The notes under the pieces: generated by a model
Database searches by the model: none
Told to the model about the DNA's origin: nothing
Seen by the model: the letters and a program-made list of their open reading frames with translations, nothing else
Shown: positions 40,930 through 51,312 of the stretch, in pieces
Layout of the letters: the number at the start of each line of letters is the position of its first letter
Position numbering within the stretch: the stretch's first letter is position 1
Translations under genes and position numbers: made by a program
NCBI GenBank assembly: GCA_021648085.1
Contig: JAKITS010000001.1
Location: 324,948 to 388,947, forward strand
Source of the DNA: Candidatus Magasanikiibacteriota bacterium
GTDB taxonomy: Bacteria > Patescibacteriota > Patescibacteriia > Magasanikbacterales > UBA922
Direction: 5' to 3'
DNA length: 64,000 nucleotides

Positions 40930-41030
40930 AAAGTTCTATTAAAGAACATACGCTAAAACTATTTTTTTGTCAATTAAAAACCTTACTTTTAGATCTTTTA
41001 TTAAAAATCCTTGTAAAAAAAATACTTTGT

Positions 41031-41369
41031 ATGATAATACCTTTCTTTTTTCATACAAATTTCTATCTACGACATTATTCAAACCCTTTCATAATAATAG
41101 ACGTTGAGCAAAATCTTGTTGATAAATTTATTGATAATATACATCCCGATCTCGATGCACTCCCCTACTGTGTAATGCTTAATCTGGATAAGTTAACTAG
41201 TCCTATTAATTCTATAGAAAAAACATTATTTTTAAGACGAATAACAATAACTGACAAAAAGGAAGAGGATATTTATAAATTAGACTTTAGAACATTTTTT
41301 AATATTCGATACAAAAAAGATGTCTTAACACCAAAATTTGATACTTCAAAAATAAATAAACGTTGTTAA
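41031..41369 (+). CDS. Possible hypothetical protein or gene remnant
   Basis: 112-aa ORF in otherwise unassigned space; no SD and no recognised motif. Confidence 0.3.
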   Translation: MIIPFFFHTNFYLRHYSNPFIIIDVEQNLVDKFIDNIHPDLDALPYCVMLNLDKLTSPINSIEKTLFLRRITITDKKEEDIYKLDFRTFFNIRYKKDVLTPKFDTSKINKRC

Positions 41370-41390
41370 AAAATGTTGTTTTCTTCATAA

Positions 41391-41702
41391 AAGTTCGAAT
41401 CCCGTTCTTCCTCACATTTTTTTATTTGTTCGGAGGCAAAAATTCGGTCACAGATAAATTTATTGACTTAAATTTTCCGCGACCCCGTCTCACGGTCTTC
41501 ACCTTACCTCTTCGGGTAAACTCAGACATCGCTCCGACTTTCAAATCCCTGTCGAGAGTGAAGCAAGGGCATGTTGATTCCTTTCGCTCCGACTCAAGCC
41601 GGGGTGTTGCGTGCTCTCACACCCTTCGAATCCCTGCCGTGACACAAGACTTTGTGTCACTCTCCAAACAAAAACAAACCTTTTCAGGTTTGTTTTTGTT
41701 TG
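41391..41702. repeat. Structured tRNA-Gln 3' trailer with inverted and direct copies of the tRNA 3' end
   Basis: Inverted TTCGAATCCCTGCC (41625-38); direct TTTGTTCGGAGGCA (41425-38); core 41576-41633 shared with the tRNA-Ser trailer. Confidence 0.8.
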
Positions 41703-41773
41703 TTCGGAGGCAGGGATTCGAACCCCGATAGTCAGGATCAAAACCTGAAGTCCTACCATTAGACGACCTCCGA
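41703..41773 (-). tRNA. tRNA-Gln(UUG)
   Basis: TCGGAGG/CCTCCGA acceptor, TCAGG-TTTTGAT-CCTGA anticodon arm, GGTTCGAATCC. Confidence 0.95.
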
Positions 41774-41813
41774 ATATTTATAGAATTAAGAACTTAGATC
41801 TTAATTCTATTCA

Positions 41814-41933
41814 CGTCATATTGAGCAGAACGAAGTGGAGTCGAAATATCTCGATGCAATATTATTAGAACTATGAATATTTAAAGTTCTAGTGTTTTTG
41901 AATCGAGATCCATTCGACTTCGCCCAGGATGAC
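41814..41933. repeat. REP-like palindrome family B, copy 2
   Basis: CGTCATATTGAGC ... GCCCAGGATGAC; see 28506. Confidence 0.8.
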
Positions 41934-41976
41934 ATATTTTTTACTTAATCTGCATACTTTGCCTAATTTGCTGACC

Positions 41977-42888
41977 TTATGACTTCAATGACCTTCGCAT
42001 TGCCAAAAAGCTGGAAAATGCTGTGAGAAGTAAAACCCCAACAAACTGTAGTACAAACAGCATTATTATATTGGAATTGAAGTAATTTGTCAAGATATCT
42101 GACCTTTGAAACACAGATTTTATGTAAGGATCTATGACATCTATTGTCATAAAAACGAAAGCTAAAGCAAAAATTGTACTCAAAAAACTAAACAAAACAG
42201 CTTCTACCAAATAAGGTCCACGCACAAACCAATTTGTAGCGCCAACAAGTTTTTTTATAGTTATCTCCATTCTTTGTGTATACACAGAAACACGAATTGT
42301 ATTGAAAATAATTACAAATGCAATAACCGCAAACAAACCACTAAAAGCAAATATAAATTTTTCTAAATTTGAAGTGACTGTATCTATTCGCTCTATTGCC
42401 TGTTCTGTGTCTGCAAAAGTCTTTGCTTCTATAATATCTTCGTATTCTGGAACACTCAAAGCTGTAATTATTTTGTCATAATCACTAGTTTCTCTAGCTT
42501 TTACAACTAAAGTTGGTCCCAATGGATTCTCGCTCAGCTCCTCTAGCGATGCCAAAATATCTGGACTATCTTTGTGCTGTTCCTTGAAATCTACCAAAAC
42601 CTCATCTCTTGTCATTAGTGTTATTTCTACAACCTCTGGAAAAGATTCCAAATAAGATAAAACCTCTGAAACATCTTCTTCTGTGGAAGTATAATCGAAA
42701 TAAACACTTACATCTATCTGATTTTTTATAGTATTGGTTGCCTCAAAAGTTAATACGCGAATAATAATAAGTGTATTTATAGATAAAAGCATTAAAACCA
42801 AAATAAGCACTGTCATAAATGAAAGGCTAAAATTCCTCAAAATATCTTGAAATGCAAATTTTACTACACGAAAAAATCTAATAAACAT
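41977..42888 (-). CDS. ftsX: Cell division permease FtsX
   Basis: ENPL, IFNTIR, KLVGATNWFVRGPY. Confidence 0.92.
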   Translation of the reverse strand: MFIRFFRVVKFAFQDILRNFSLSFMTVLILVLMLLSINTLIIIRVLTFEATNTIKNQIDVSVYFDYTSTEEDVSEVLSYLESFPEVVEITLMTRDEVLVDFKEQHKDSPDILASLEELSENPLGPTLVVKARETSDYDKIITALSVPEYEDIIEAKTFADTEQAIERIDTVTSNLEKFIFAFSGLFAVIAFVIIFNTIRVSVYTQRMEITIKKLVGATNWFVRGPYLVEAVLFSFLSTIFALAFVFMTIDVIDPYIKSVFQRSDILTNYFNSNIIMLFVLQFVGVLLLTAFSSFLAMRRSLKS

Positions 42889-42945
42889 AATTTTTAATCA
42901 AATTCTAAATGCTCTATTGCTTAACCAGTTCTAAATATTCTTTCT

Positions 42946-43036
42946 GTAATCCTAATCTTGTTGGGGATTCAAAGTTTGTGTCAAATCAACATTCTATTTT
43001 GTAAACTCTGGATTCCTAAGTTAAATTCAGGATGAT
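42946..43036. repeat. REP-like palindrome family A, degenerate copy between ftsE and ftsX
   Basis: GTAATCCT...GATTCAAAGTTT ... AAACTCTGGATTCC...CAGGATGAT. Confidence 0.6.
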
Positions 43037-43130
43037 GTATTTAAAATAGCAGATTAAGCAAATTAAGTTAGGAAAGAAAAGCAAAGCTTTTCGATATATC
43101 AAATTGAACAAAGTTCAGCGATTCATCATT

Positions 43131-43811
43131 CTACAAAACATATTTACCTGTTTTTTTATCTGAAACAACAACACCATTGTTTAGTGTGACAACACGCTTT
43201 TTGAGATGATTTACCACTTCCCTATTGTGTGTCACCAAAACTACTGTTGTGCCAAAATTATTTATCTTTTTTAAAATTTCAATAACATCTTTTGTATTTA
43301 AAGTATCCAAATTTCCTGTAGGCTCGTCTGCGATTAAGACTTTTGGCCTGTGAACAAGCGCGCGCGCAATAGCAACTCTTTGTTGTTCTCCACCAGACAA
43401 ATGCTTTGGATAACTATTTATTTTGTCTCCCAAACCTACAATATTCAAAACACGAGGCACAACCTCTTTGATACGTTTTTTTGGTGCTCCAGAAACCTGC
43501 AAGGCAAAAGATACATTTTCTGCCACAGTTTTTGCATGCAAAAGTTTAAAATCCTGAAATATAACTCCAATTTGTCTACGCAAAAGTGGAATATCTTTGT
43601 TTCGAATTTTTGTAATATCCCATCCTCCAATTTCCACTTTTCCTGCAGTTGGATATTCCTCCACAATTAGAAGTTTCACCAAAGTAGTCTTTCCGCTTCC
43701 GCTTTGCCCCACAATAGAAACAAACTCTCCATGTTCTATATGAAGATCTATTTTATCCAAGCCAATACTATCTTTATTATAAATTTTACTAATACCTTTT
43801 AGTCTAATCAT
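43131..43811 (-). CDS. ftsE: Cell division ATP-binding protein FtsE
   Basis: GQSGSGKT, LRRQIGVIFQDFKLL, LSGGEQQR, ADEPTGNLD. Confidence 0.95.
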   Translation of the reverse strand: MIRLKGISKIYNKDSIGLDKIDLHIEHGEFVSIVGQSGSGKTTLVKLLIVEEYPTAGKVEIGGWDITKIRNKDIPLLRRQIGVIFQDFKLLHAKTVAENVSFALQVSGAPKKRIKEVVPRVLNIVGLGDKINSYPKHLSGGEQQRVAIARALVHRPKVLIADEPTGNLDTLNTKDVIEILKKINNFGTTVVLVTHNREVVNHLKKRVVTLNNGVVVSDKKTGKYVL

Positions 43812-43897
43812 AAAAATATTATATCATAATATTTTTAAATAGTAAAAAACAAAATACACAGAATTTTCTGTGTATTTTGTTTTAACTTTTCGTTTTT

Positions 43898-44962
43898 CTA
43901 ACTTTCTGATTCTGAGCTACTTTCTTCTGTTTCTGTGGATACCTCAGGCTCTTTGTCTGTTCCTTCTTGCAAATTATTAAACGGTGTATTTACAGGAAGA
44001 GTTATTTTAATATCTGCTTCTTTAATTTTTGCATCCAAAAATGCTGCAAAGTTTCTAGTAGACCTTCTTTCATCCAAACGAATTATGTGAAAGCCAAATT
44101 GAGTTTCTACTAAATTTGTGTCCACCTCTCCAACATTCAAAGCATATACAGCCTTTTCAAACTCTTTTACCATCATCCCCCTACCAAACCAACCCAAATC
44201 TCCGCCAGTTTTTGAAGTTCCGTCTGAACCAAACTCTTCTGCCAATGTTCCAAAATCTTCACCAGCCAAAACTCTCTTTAATATGGAGTTTGCCTGAGCT
44301 TTTACAGTTGCACTCGTCTCTGGATCTCCAACTTGAAATAATATGTGACGAGCCTTTACCTCTTCATCTCCAAATTCTGCCCACTCTTCATTTGTACTTT
44401 CTGCAAAAAACTTAGCAACTTTTTGCTCCAAAACTATTGGTGTGATTATTTTTTTTGTATAAGTGTCTAAATCCCAACCATACTTTTCTTTCAAATTTTT
44501 CTCTGCCTCCTCCTCACTTGCAAACTGCAAAACTAACTCTTTTTTTACATTAGCCACCTCTTCATCTGTCACTTCCACATCATTTTCTTTTGCAAAATTA
44601 GCTACAAAACGATTTGCCAAAAGTCTCTCCAAAACCTGATTTGACACATCATCGTCTGATACTGGTGGAAAACCTTCCGGTTGTTGTGAATAAAATAATT
44701 TTAAAGTTCTTATATCCTCAATATAATCATAATAACTTATATTCAATCCATTAATTGACGCAACTGGAATATTTAAACTTTTTGAAAATGCACGCACCAT
44801 AGTATTATCTTGTAAATTATAAACTCCCCGAATAACAAAAATTAATGATAAAAAAAATACTAACACAAACACACCTGCTATACCCATAAGAAAAAACTTT
44901 TTATTTTTTAGACTGACAGGGCTAACTACTTTTTTACTAACTACTTTCTCTTCTTTTTCCAT
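43898..44962 (-). CDS. PrsA/SurA-like parvulin peptidyl-prolyl isomerase
   Basis: TM anchor, SurA-N-like helices, KARHIL, GGDLGWF, ETQFGFHII. Confidence 0.9.
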   Translation of the reverse strand: MEKEEKVVSKKVVSPVSLKNKKFFLMGIAGVFVLVFFLSLIFVIRGVYNLQDNTMVRAFSKSLNIPVASINGLNISYYDYIEDIRTLKLFYSQQPEGFPPVSDDDVSNQVLERLLANRFVANFAKENDVEVTDEEVANVKKELVLQFASEEEAEKNLKEKYGWDLDTYTKKIITPIVLEQKVAKFFAESTNEEWAEFGDEEVKARHILFQVGDPETSATVKAQANSILKRVLAGEDFGTLAEEFGSDGTSKTGGDLGWFGRGMMVKEFEKAVYALNVGEVDTNLVETQFGFHIIRLDERRSTRNFAAFLDAKIKEADIKITLPVNTPFNNLQEGTDKEPEVSTETEESSSESES

Positions 44963-44991
44963 AATATTTTAATTAACTAATAATTTCTAAA

Positions 44992-45399
44992 TCACTCTAT
45001 ACTCTTGTTTGTAAAATAATACCACCATTTCAAAGGATTATGCAAGACCTTTCTATTTTCAGTATCATATTCATTTTTATTTTCGTTTTCAAAATCTTCA
45101 TGATTATTAAAAAAAACTATCTTTTCACCCTCTTCTTGCATATTCAATTCTGTACGCGCTTTCTCTTCCACAAAACTATTACTCATAACATAAGAAAGTA
45201 TCTCCATTGATTCTAGTTTTTTACTTTCCAATCCTGCTATTTCTTTTTCCAAAGATTCTATTTCTCTTTTTATCTTAAAATCCTGATAAAAACCTTTTGC
45301 ATAAACAAAAAAAACAAAACAAACTATCAAAATTAAGCCAAACAAAAAAAGTTTAGTCGCAAAAAAACCACTCCACAATTTACCACTTTTCCTACGCAT
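44992..45399 (-). CDS. Septum formation initiator (FtsB/DivIC family)
   Basis: TM, coiled coil, VEEKARTELNM..EGE. Confidence 0.85.
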   Translation of the reverse strand: MRRKSGKLWSGFFATKLFLFGLILIVCFVFFVYAKGFYQDFKIKREIESLEKEIAGLESKKLESMEILSYVMSNSFVEEKARTELNMQEEGEKIVFFNNHEDFENENKNEYDTENRKVLHNPLKWWYYFTNKSIE

Positions 45400-45408
45400 A
45401 AATATAAA

Positions 45409-46032
45409 TTATTCTTGTGTATCAGTATCGATAAAACCTCTATTTTTTAACTCCTCTCTTGTGTTTAAATAAACTCTTTTAAGCTCTTCGTCCTCCAAAA
45501 TATTGATCGCACTATTTTGGACTTGTTCCTGTTTTTTTAGACCTCTCAAATTTTCGTGTCTAAACTCATTTATTTTTTGCTGAATAATTACAGGCTCTTT
45601 TATCTTTTTTACAACAATTTGAACACTTCCAGCTGCTGTTTGAATAGTCACATCTCCATAACGAAAAATAGTTCCAGCAATTCCTTTTACCCTTCCAGAA
45701 ACACCCTCCACCTGATCGTACAAAACCTCGGAAATAACTTTGTCAAAAATAGCGCGTCTATTTATATCAATTATCCTATAATTTGTAATTATACAAGTAT
45801 CCTTTCTCCACATATAAAGTCCACGAGCCCAAAACATAGCAGAAAACCAAATAAGAATTACAAATACAATACTCCCCCAAATTCCATAAGAAAAAAGCCA
45901 GAACATAAGAAAGAAAGCCAAAATTAAGAAAAATAAACCACCCAACCACATCCAAAAAAGTGTAAGAGCGTGCCTACGAAGAGATAGTAAAATCTCTTCA
46001 TCGTGTTTTAAATTAATTTTTTTTGTATTCAT
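45409..46032 (-). CDS. Membrane protein with bacterial PH (bPH_2-like) domain
   Basis: Two TMs, ITNYRII, FRYGDVTIQTA. Confidence 0.8.
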   Translation of the reverse strand: MNTKKINLKHDEEILLSLRRHALTLFWMWLGGLFFLILAFFLMFWLFSYGIWGSIVFVILIWFSAMFWARGLYMWRKDTCIITNYRIIDINRRAIFDKVISEVLYDQVEGVSGRVKGIAGTIFRYGDVTIQTAAGSVQIVVKKIKEPVIIQQKINEFRHENLRGLKKQEQVQNSAINILEDEELKRVYLNTREELKNRGFIDTDTQE

Positions 46033-46034
46033 AT

Positions 46035-47366
46035 TTATTTTTTAAATCTTAATTCTTTTTTAATTACTTCTCTGTCATCCCAATCAATCTTTTTACCATT
46101 CTCTACTACTATTGCCTGTTCACTACCTTTTCCAGTGACTAAAATTAAATCTCCTTTTTTTACCAAGTTTACTGCTTTTTGTATTGCTTCTCCTCTATCC
46201 AAAATTTCAAACAAATTTTTATCGAGTTTTTTGCCAGATTTTTTTGCACCTCCTGAAACTTGTTTTATTATCTCCATTGGATCTTCATCATAAGGATCTT
46301 CGTTCGTCACAATACAAATATCTGCATTCCTACCAACCAATTCTCCAATTGGCCCTCTTCGGGATCTATCCCGCCCACCACCTGCTGAACCACAAACATG
46401 GATTATGCGTTTTGGTTTCAAAACTTTTACAACTCTATAAAGCGACTTCAAAGCTATGGGCTCAAAAGCATAATCCACAATTACCTGAAATCCGAATTCT
46501 TCAGCTTCTTCTATAAACTCAAGCCTTCCAGGAACTCCAGCAAAATTCTTCACAGACTTGTTTATCTTTGACCAATCCACCATCAATTCTCTGGCCACAG
46601 AAACTGCAGATAAAATATTCAAAGCATTGTGTTCGCCAAAAAGTTTAGTATTAAATTTTTTATTGTTTATTTCAAATTCCAATCCTTTTTCAGTTGTCTC
46701 CACATTATCCAAAATAAATTCCTCTCCAAGATTTTTTACAAAAACTTTTTCTCCTTTTTTACCAAATCCAATCTTCTTTGAAAAATTAAAATTTACAAAC
46801 TCACTAGCTTGTTTTATGTTTTCATTTACAAAAACTTTTTTATCTATTGGTTTACCTTTTAGAACTTTCGTTTCTTTATTTGCAGTATATTCAAAAAGTT
46901 TCAACTTTGCATTTTTATAGTTTTCAAAACTTCCGTGAGATTCTATATGTTCTGGATACAGATTTGTAAGCAAAACATAATCATAATTTATAAACTTATG
47001 ACGATACTGGACTATTCCTTCTGAAGTTGTCTCAACAATTGCAATATCACATTTTTTATTTACCATTTCACGCAGATATTTTTGTATTTCAGTTTTTCCA
47101 AGCATGGTCATTTTTGTATCATTTAGCTTGTCTCGTCCAGCAACATAAAAATCTATAGTAGAAAGTGAGCCAACTACAAAACCAGAACTTTCCAAAAGTT
47201 GACGAAGTAAATAAGCAGTTGTAGATTTTCCACTTGTTCCTGTAATTCCAATTACTAACAATTCTTTTGAAGGATATTTGTATTTTATAGCTCCGTACCA
47301 AGCAAAAAATAAATGCCTAAGATTCAAAATATTTTTTGGTATAATTTTTTTTAATATTTTTTTCAT
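46035..47366 (-). CDS. murE: MurE-type Mur ligase
   Basis: GITGTSGKSTT, ETTSEG, EHIESH, VPGRLE, VDYA, EDPYDE (DNPR variant), TGKGSE. Confidence 0.88.
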   Translation of the reverse strand: MKKILKKIIPKNILNLRHLFFAWYGAIKYKYPSKELLVIGITGTSGKSTTAYLLRQLLESSGFVVGSLSTIDFYVAGRDKLNDTKMTMLGKTEIQKYLREMVNKKCDIAIVETTSEGIVQYRHKFINYDYVLLTNLYPEHIESHGSFENYKNAKLKLFEYTANKETKVLKGKPIDKKVFVNENIKQASEFVNFNFSKKIGFGKKGEKVFVKNLGEEFILDNVETTEKGLEFEINNKKFNTKLFGEHNALNILSAVSVARELMVDWSKINKSVKNFAGVPGRLEFIEEAEEFGFQVIVDYAFEPIALKSLYRVVKVLKPKRIIHVCGSAGGGRDRSRRGPIGELVGRNADICIVTNEDPYDEDPMEIIKQVSGGAKKSGKKLDKNLFEILDRGEAIQKAVNLVKKGDLILVTGKGSEQAIVVENGKKIDWDDREVIKKELRFKK

Positions 47367-47452
47367 AATAAAATTTACAAATCCTATTTAATTATGTAAT
47401 ACTATTAGTGTATCAATTTAAGTAAAAAAAAGAAACCCAAAAGGAGCGTAAA

Positions 47453-47797
47453 ATGTCTATTCCTGTTTTTATTTTTAGAAACCAAGAACATTTTATAAAA
47501 TATATCCAAAATATACTCCCCAAAAAAGATACAAAAACAACAAAAGATACTAACTTAAGTATAGATATTGACTTAAAACATGGTTTAAGTATTGGTGCAA
47601 AAAGGTTTAAAGATATACAAAAAAAACCTTATTATATTTTTACACATTATACTAATAACTTTGATGGTGTCGCAGGTAAACAGGCTATTGTAAAATTTAT
47701 TTTCCATATTATAAGCCCAGATCAATACCGAGACTTAGTTCATTATCTTGAAGTTATGTTAGGACTTGAAGTGTATGAATATTCACACACAAAATAA
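47453..47797 (+). CDS. Orphan hypothetical protein (114 aa)
   Basis: SD AAGGAG; terminator aacccgc/gcgggtt starting at the stop codon. Confidence 0.75.
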   Translation: MSIPVFIFRNQEHFIKYIQNILPKKDTKTTKDTNLSIDIDLKHGLSIGAKRFKDIQKKPYYIFTHYTNNFDGVAGKQAIVKFIFHIISPDQYRDLVHYLEVMLGLEVYEYSHTK

Positions 47798-47849
47798 CCC
47801 GCAAATATAGCGGGTTTTTATTTGTTCTCAAAAAAATTATACAAATTTT

Positions 47850-48416
47850 TTATTTCCTCAAACTAAGTTCATAATTTACTTGCTCCAACTTTCTCACAGC
47901 ATTTTTTGCCTGATCTAATTTATTACGAAGATAACTAGTCAAATTAAATTCTATTAACTCTCCAACTACTTCCTGAGCAGTCTCAACACATCGCTCAACC
48001 ATTTCAAAATCTCTTTTAGTCGCAAACTTCACAGCATACCGCAAAAGCTCTCCTGGTACATCACAAAGACCTGCAATGTAAACATCGTCTGGAACATCCA
48101 ATTGAATTCTTCCAAAATCTACTCCATTTATAAAATCAAAGAATAAAGTAGCTTCTACAAATTCCTCCATTCCAGCTTTATACGAACCCTGTCCTTCCAA
48201 AACATTTATATCAAACTTTTTCTGCAAATTTAACATTATATTTTCTGATTCTTTCATTTTATCTTCTGCGTCTTCTGCATCATCTCGATGAAGTGAGAAA
48301 ATAGCCCGCTTTGCCAAATGCAGTGCATCTCCAGATTGTTTAATTATCTCTCTTCTCTCTGTATCTTTCTTTGTCATTCTCTCTTTTTTCTCCTCTATAA
48401 AATTCTTATCTATCAT
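47850..48416 (-). CDS. Translin/TRAX-family protein
   Basis: AKRAIFSLHR, EEFVEA, YIAGLCDVPGELLR, LRNKLD. Confidence 0.85.
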   Translation of the reverse strand: MIDKNFIEEKKERMTKKDTERREIIKQSGDALHLAKRAIFSLHRDDAEDAEDKMKESENIMLNLQKKFDINVLEGQGSYKAGMEEFVEATLFFDFINGVDFGRIQLDVPDDVYIAGLCDVPGELLRYAVKFATKRDFEMVERCVETAQEVVGELIEFNLTSYLRNKLDQAKNAVRKLEQVNYELSLRK

Positions 48417-51060
48417 ATTTTTTTCTTCTTCTAATTAAATAAATTGTTTTTATAAACTCTATCAAAAACACATTTACAAGTCCAAAAATTATTAAAATTG
48501 TCCATTCTTTTAGACCAATTGGGACTGTTTTTAACAAAATTTGAAGTGGTTTAAGATATACAGCAGCAATAAGCATCAACCATCCAAACAAGACAGCGAG
48601 ATTTAAATACATATTGCCAAAAGGATTTCTCTCCCAAACATGATGACGCATACTTCTTACAGAAAAAATATAAAGAAGTGAATCTACAGCTAAACCAAGA
48701 AATACTATTGTGCGGGTTAGTTGTATATCTCCTGTAGTTTTCCAAAAGTACAAAAATATTCCCAAAAGCATTACATTTGCAACAATACTTATAATACCAA
48801 TCATTGCCTTCATTTCACCATCAATTAATTTTTCATTTTTCCTCCTTGGTGGTTCTTTCATATTTTCCTTTTCTCCTTTATCAAAAGCTAGTGCCATGTT
48901 TGGAAATGAATCTTCAATAATATTTATCCACAAAATCTGTGCTGGTAAAATCGGCAGAGGTAAGCCAACCACCAAACTAACAGAAATAAGAGTAATCTCT
49001 GCAAAACTCCCAGAAAGTAGGTACAAAACAACTTTTTTTACATTTTGATAAATTGTCCTTCCTTCTTCTACAGAATAAACAATTGTACTAAAATTATCAT
49101 CTAGCAATATCAAATCTGAAACTTCTTTTGCCACATCTGTCCCAGAACCAAGTGAAACCCCAATATCAGCACCTTTTAATGCTGGTGTGTCATTTACTCC
49201 GTCTCCTGTCATTGCTACTATTTCTCCATTCAATTGCAATGCTTTTACTATTCTCATTTTATCTCCTGGCTCAACTCTTGCAAAAATATTTACCTTTTCA
49301 ATAACTTTTCTAAGTGTTTTGTCATCAATTTTCTGTAAATCATCTCCAGACAAAACACTCTCTTTTGATATATTTAAACCAATTTTTTCTCCTATCGCTC
49401 TAGCTGTTTCTATGTGGTCTCCTGTTATCATTATTACCCTTATCCCAGCTTCTTGTGTTATTTTAAAAGTTTCTATTACATCAGCTCTTATTGGGTCTGA
49501 AATACCAACCAAGCCAAGCAGTATTAAGTTTTTTGTATCTTTAAAACTTAACTCATCTTTATCTTTTGAAAAAGTTTTATAACCAACCGACAACACACGC
49601 AGGCCACGACTAGCCAATTCTTTATGCTTTTTCTCAAAAAACTTTCTTTTTTCTGCCGTCATTTTAAAAACCTTCTCTCCTTTTCTATAAAATTCTGCTT
49701 TTTTCAAAATTACCTCTGGTGCACCTTTTATATACATTGAAGTTTTACTTTTTTCAGACTGCAAAACAGCTATATATTTTGTCCTACTTTCAAAAGGTAG
49801 TTCGTCTAATCTATGATTTCTTTTTTCAAGCTTTACCTTGTCCAAACCTATTTTATGCCCAAAATGTAAAAATGCAGCGTCTGTTGTATCACCAATTACA
49901 GAAACTTTTTTACCAACACTTTTTTGCAAATATGCATCATTTGCAAAAATACCAGCAAGTAAAATAAAATAAGCCTCTTTATTTTTCTTTAAATTATATT
50001 CATTTTCTACATCAAAATCATTGTTAACCGTAGAAATCTGTGTCACAAACATTTTACCTTCTGTAAGTGTTCCTGTTTTGTCTGTACATATTACACTTAC
50101 AGAACCTAGAGTTTCTGCTGATACAAGCCTACGCACCAAAGCTTTTTTCTTTAAAATCTTTTGCATTCCAATGGCCAAAATTACCGTCAAAGATATTACC
50201 AAACCTTCTGGAATTGCTGCTACTGCCATTGCTACAGAAACCTCAAAAAGCTCAACTATTTCATACTCTGCAAAAGGACTAAAAATACCAAGCAATATAA
50301 CAGCAAAAGAAACTAATACAATTAAAATTCCAAGTGTTTTTGCCAATTTTCTAAGCTGTTCTTGAAGTGGAGTACCTACATCTTCTGTTTCTTTTACAAG
50401 TTGTGCTACTTTCCCTATTTCTGTATTTACACCAATAGATGTTACCACAACCCTGGCAACACCGCTCGCCACGATTGTTCCTTTGTGTACCATATTTCTT
50501 CTATCTGGAAGTCTTGTATCTTTTTCTATTTTTTCTATTGTCTTTTTTACTGGCTCCACCTCTCCAGTAAGTAATGCCTCGTTTACCTTTAAGTCTTTTT
50601 CTTGAATTATCCTTCCATCTGCCTGTATTTTATCTCCAGCATTCAAAATCAAAATATCACCAACTGTCACACTTTCACTATTTAAACTAACAACATTTCC
50701 ACCACGCAAAACAACTGCCTTATACTTTATCATTGAACCAAGTTTTTGAAGTGCTCTATTAGCTTTGTCTTCCTGCACAAAGCCAATCACGGCATTTACA
50801 AGTGTTGTAATAAAAATAATTATCATGTCTGGATAATCCCCCAAAAAACCACTAATCGTTCCCGCTACAACCAAAATTATAATCAACGGACTTTTCCATT
50901 GATTCAAGAAAATCTTAAATCTGGAGATTCTTTCTCCAGCTGTAGAAAATTTATTTTTACCGTATTTTGCAATTCTTTTTTTCGCCTCATTATTGGATAA
51001 ACCCTCTCTAGAACTGTTCAATTTCTTCAAAACATGTGCTATATTTTGTGCATGATGCAT
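48406..51060 (-). CDS. Cation-transporting P2A-type ATPase (Ca2+-type)
   Basis: TGE, IPEGL, DKTGTLT, KGAPE, TGDGVND, QILWINIIED. Confidence 0.92.
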   Translation of the reverse strand: MHHAQNIAHVLKKLNSSREGLSNNEAKKRIAKYGKNKFSTAGERISRFKIFLNQWKSPLIIILVVAGTISGFLGDYPDMIIIFITTLVNAVIGFVQEDKANRALQKLGSMIKYKAVVLRGGNVVSLNSESVTVGDILILNAGDKIQADGRIIQEKDLKVNEALLTGEVEPVKKTIEKIEKDTRLPDRRNMVHKGTIVASGVARVVVTSIGVNTEIGKVAQLVKETEDVGTPLQEQLRKLAKTLGILIVLVSFAVILLGIFSPFAEYEIVELFEVSVAMAVAAIPEGLVISLTVILAIGMQKILKKKALVRRLVSAETLGSVSVICTDKTGTLTEGKMFVTQISTVNNDFDVENEYNLKKNKEAYFILLAGIFANDAYLQKSVGKKVSVIGDTTDAAFLHFGHKIGLDKVKLEKRNHRLDELPFESRTKYIAVLQSEKSKTSMYIKGAPEVILKKAEFYRKGEKVFKMTAEKRKFFEKKHKELASRGLRVLSVGYKTFSKDKDELSFKDTKNLILLGLVGISDPIRADVIETFKITQEAGIRVIMITGDHIETARAIGEKIGLNISKESVLSGDDLQKIDDKTLRKVIEKVNIFARVEPGDKMRIVKALQLNGEIVAMTGDGVNDTPALKGADIGVSLGSGTDVAKEVSDLILLDDNFSTIVYSVEEGRTIYQNVKKVVLYLLSGSFAEITLISVSLVVGLPLPILPAQILWINIIEDSFPNMALAFDKGEKENMKEPPRRKNEKLIDGEMKAMIGIISIVANVMLLGIFLYFWKTTGDIQLTRTIVFLGLAVDSLLYIFSVRSMRHHVWERNPFGNMYLNLAVLFGWLMLIAAVYLKPLQILLKTVPIGLKEWTILIIFGLVNVFLIEFIKTIYLIRRRKKYDR

Positions 51061-51165
51061 ATTTTAACAAAAAAACTTGATTTTTTTCTATAAATAGTAT
51101 ATCATATTTAAGTCTATATTTTATAAAAGTGTGTAAATACTAAAAAGTGATAAATATTACAAAAT

Positions 51166-51238
51166 GATCTGGTAGCTCAGTAGGTAGAGCAGCAGCCTTT
51201 TAAGCTGATGGTCGTGGGTTCGATCCCCACCCAGGTCA
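51166..51238 (+). tRNA. tRNA-Lys(UUU)
   Basis: GATCTGG/CCAGGTC acceptor, CAGC-CTTTTAA-GCTG anticodon arm, GGTTCGATCCC. Confidence 0.95.
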
Positions 51239-51312
51239 CAAAAAAAACATCTTAATTGGTGTTTTTTTATTTTTAATGTAAAATAGATATAAATTCTACA
51301 AAGGAGGGAAAA

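Noticed and set aside
41363-41759. ORFs 41363-41731 (+) and 41541-41759 (-)
   Set aside because: They overlap tRNA-Gln and its structured trailer.
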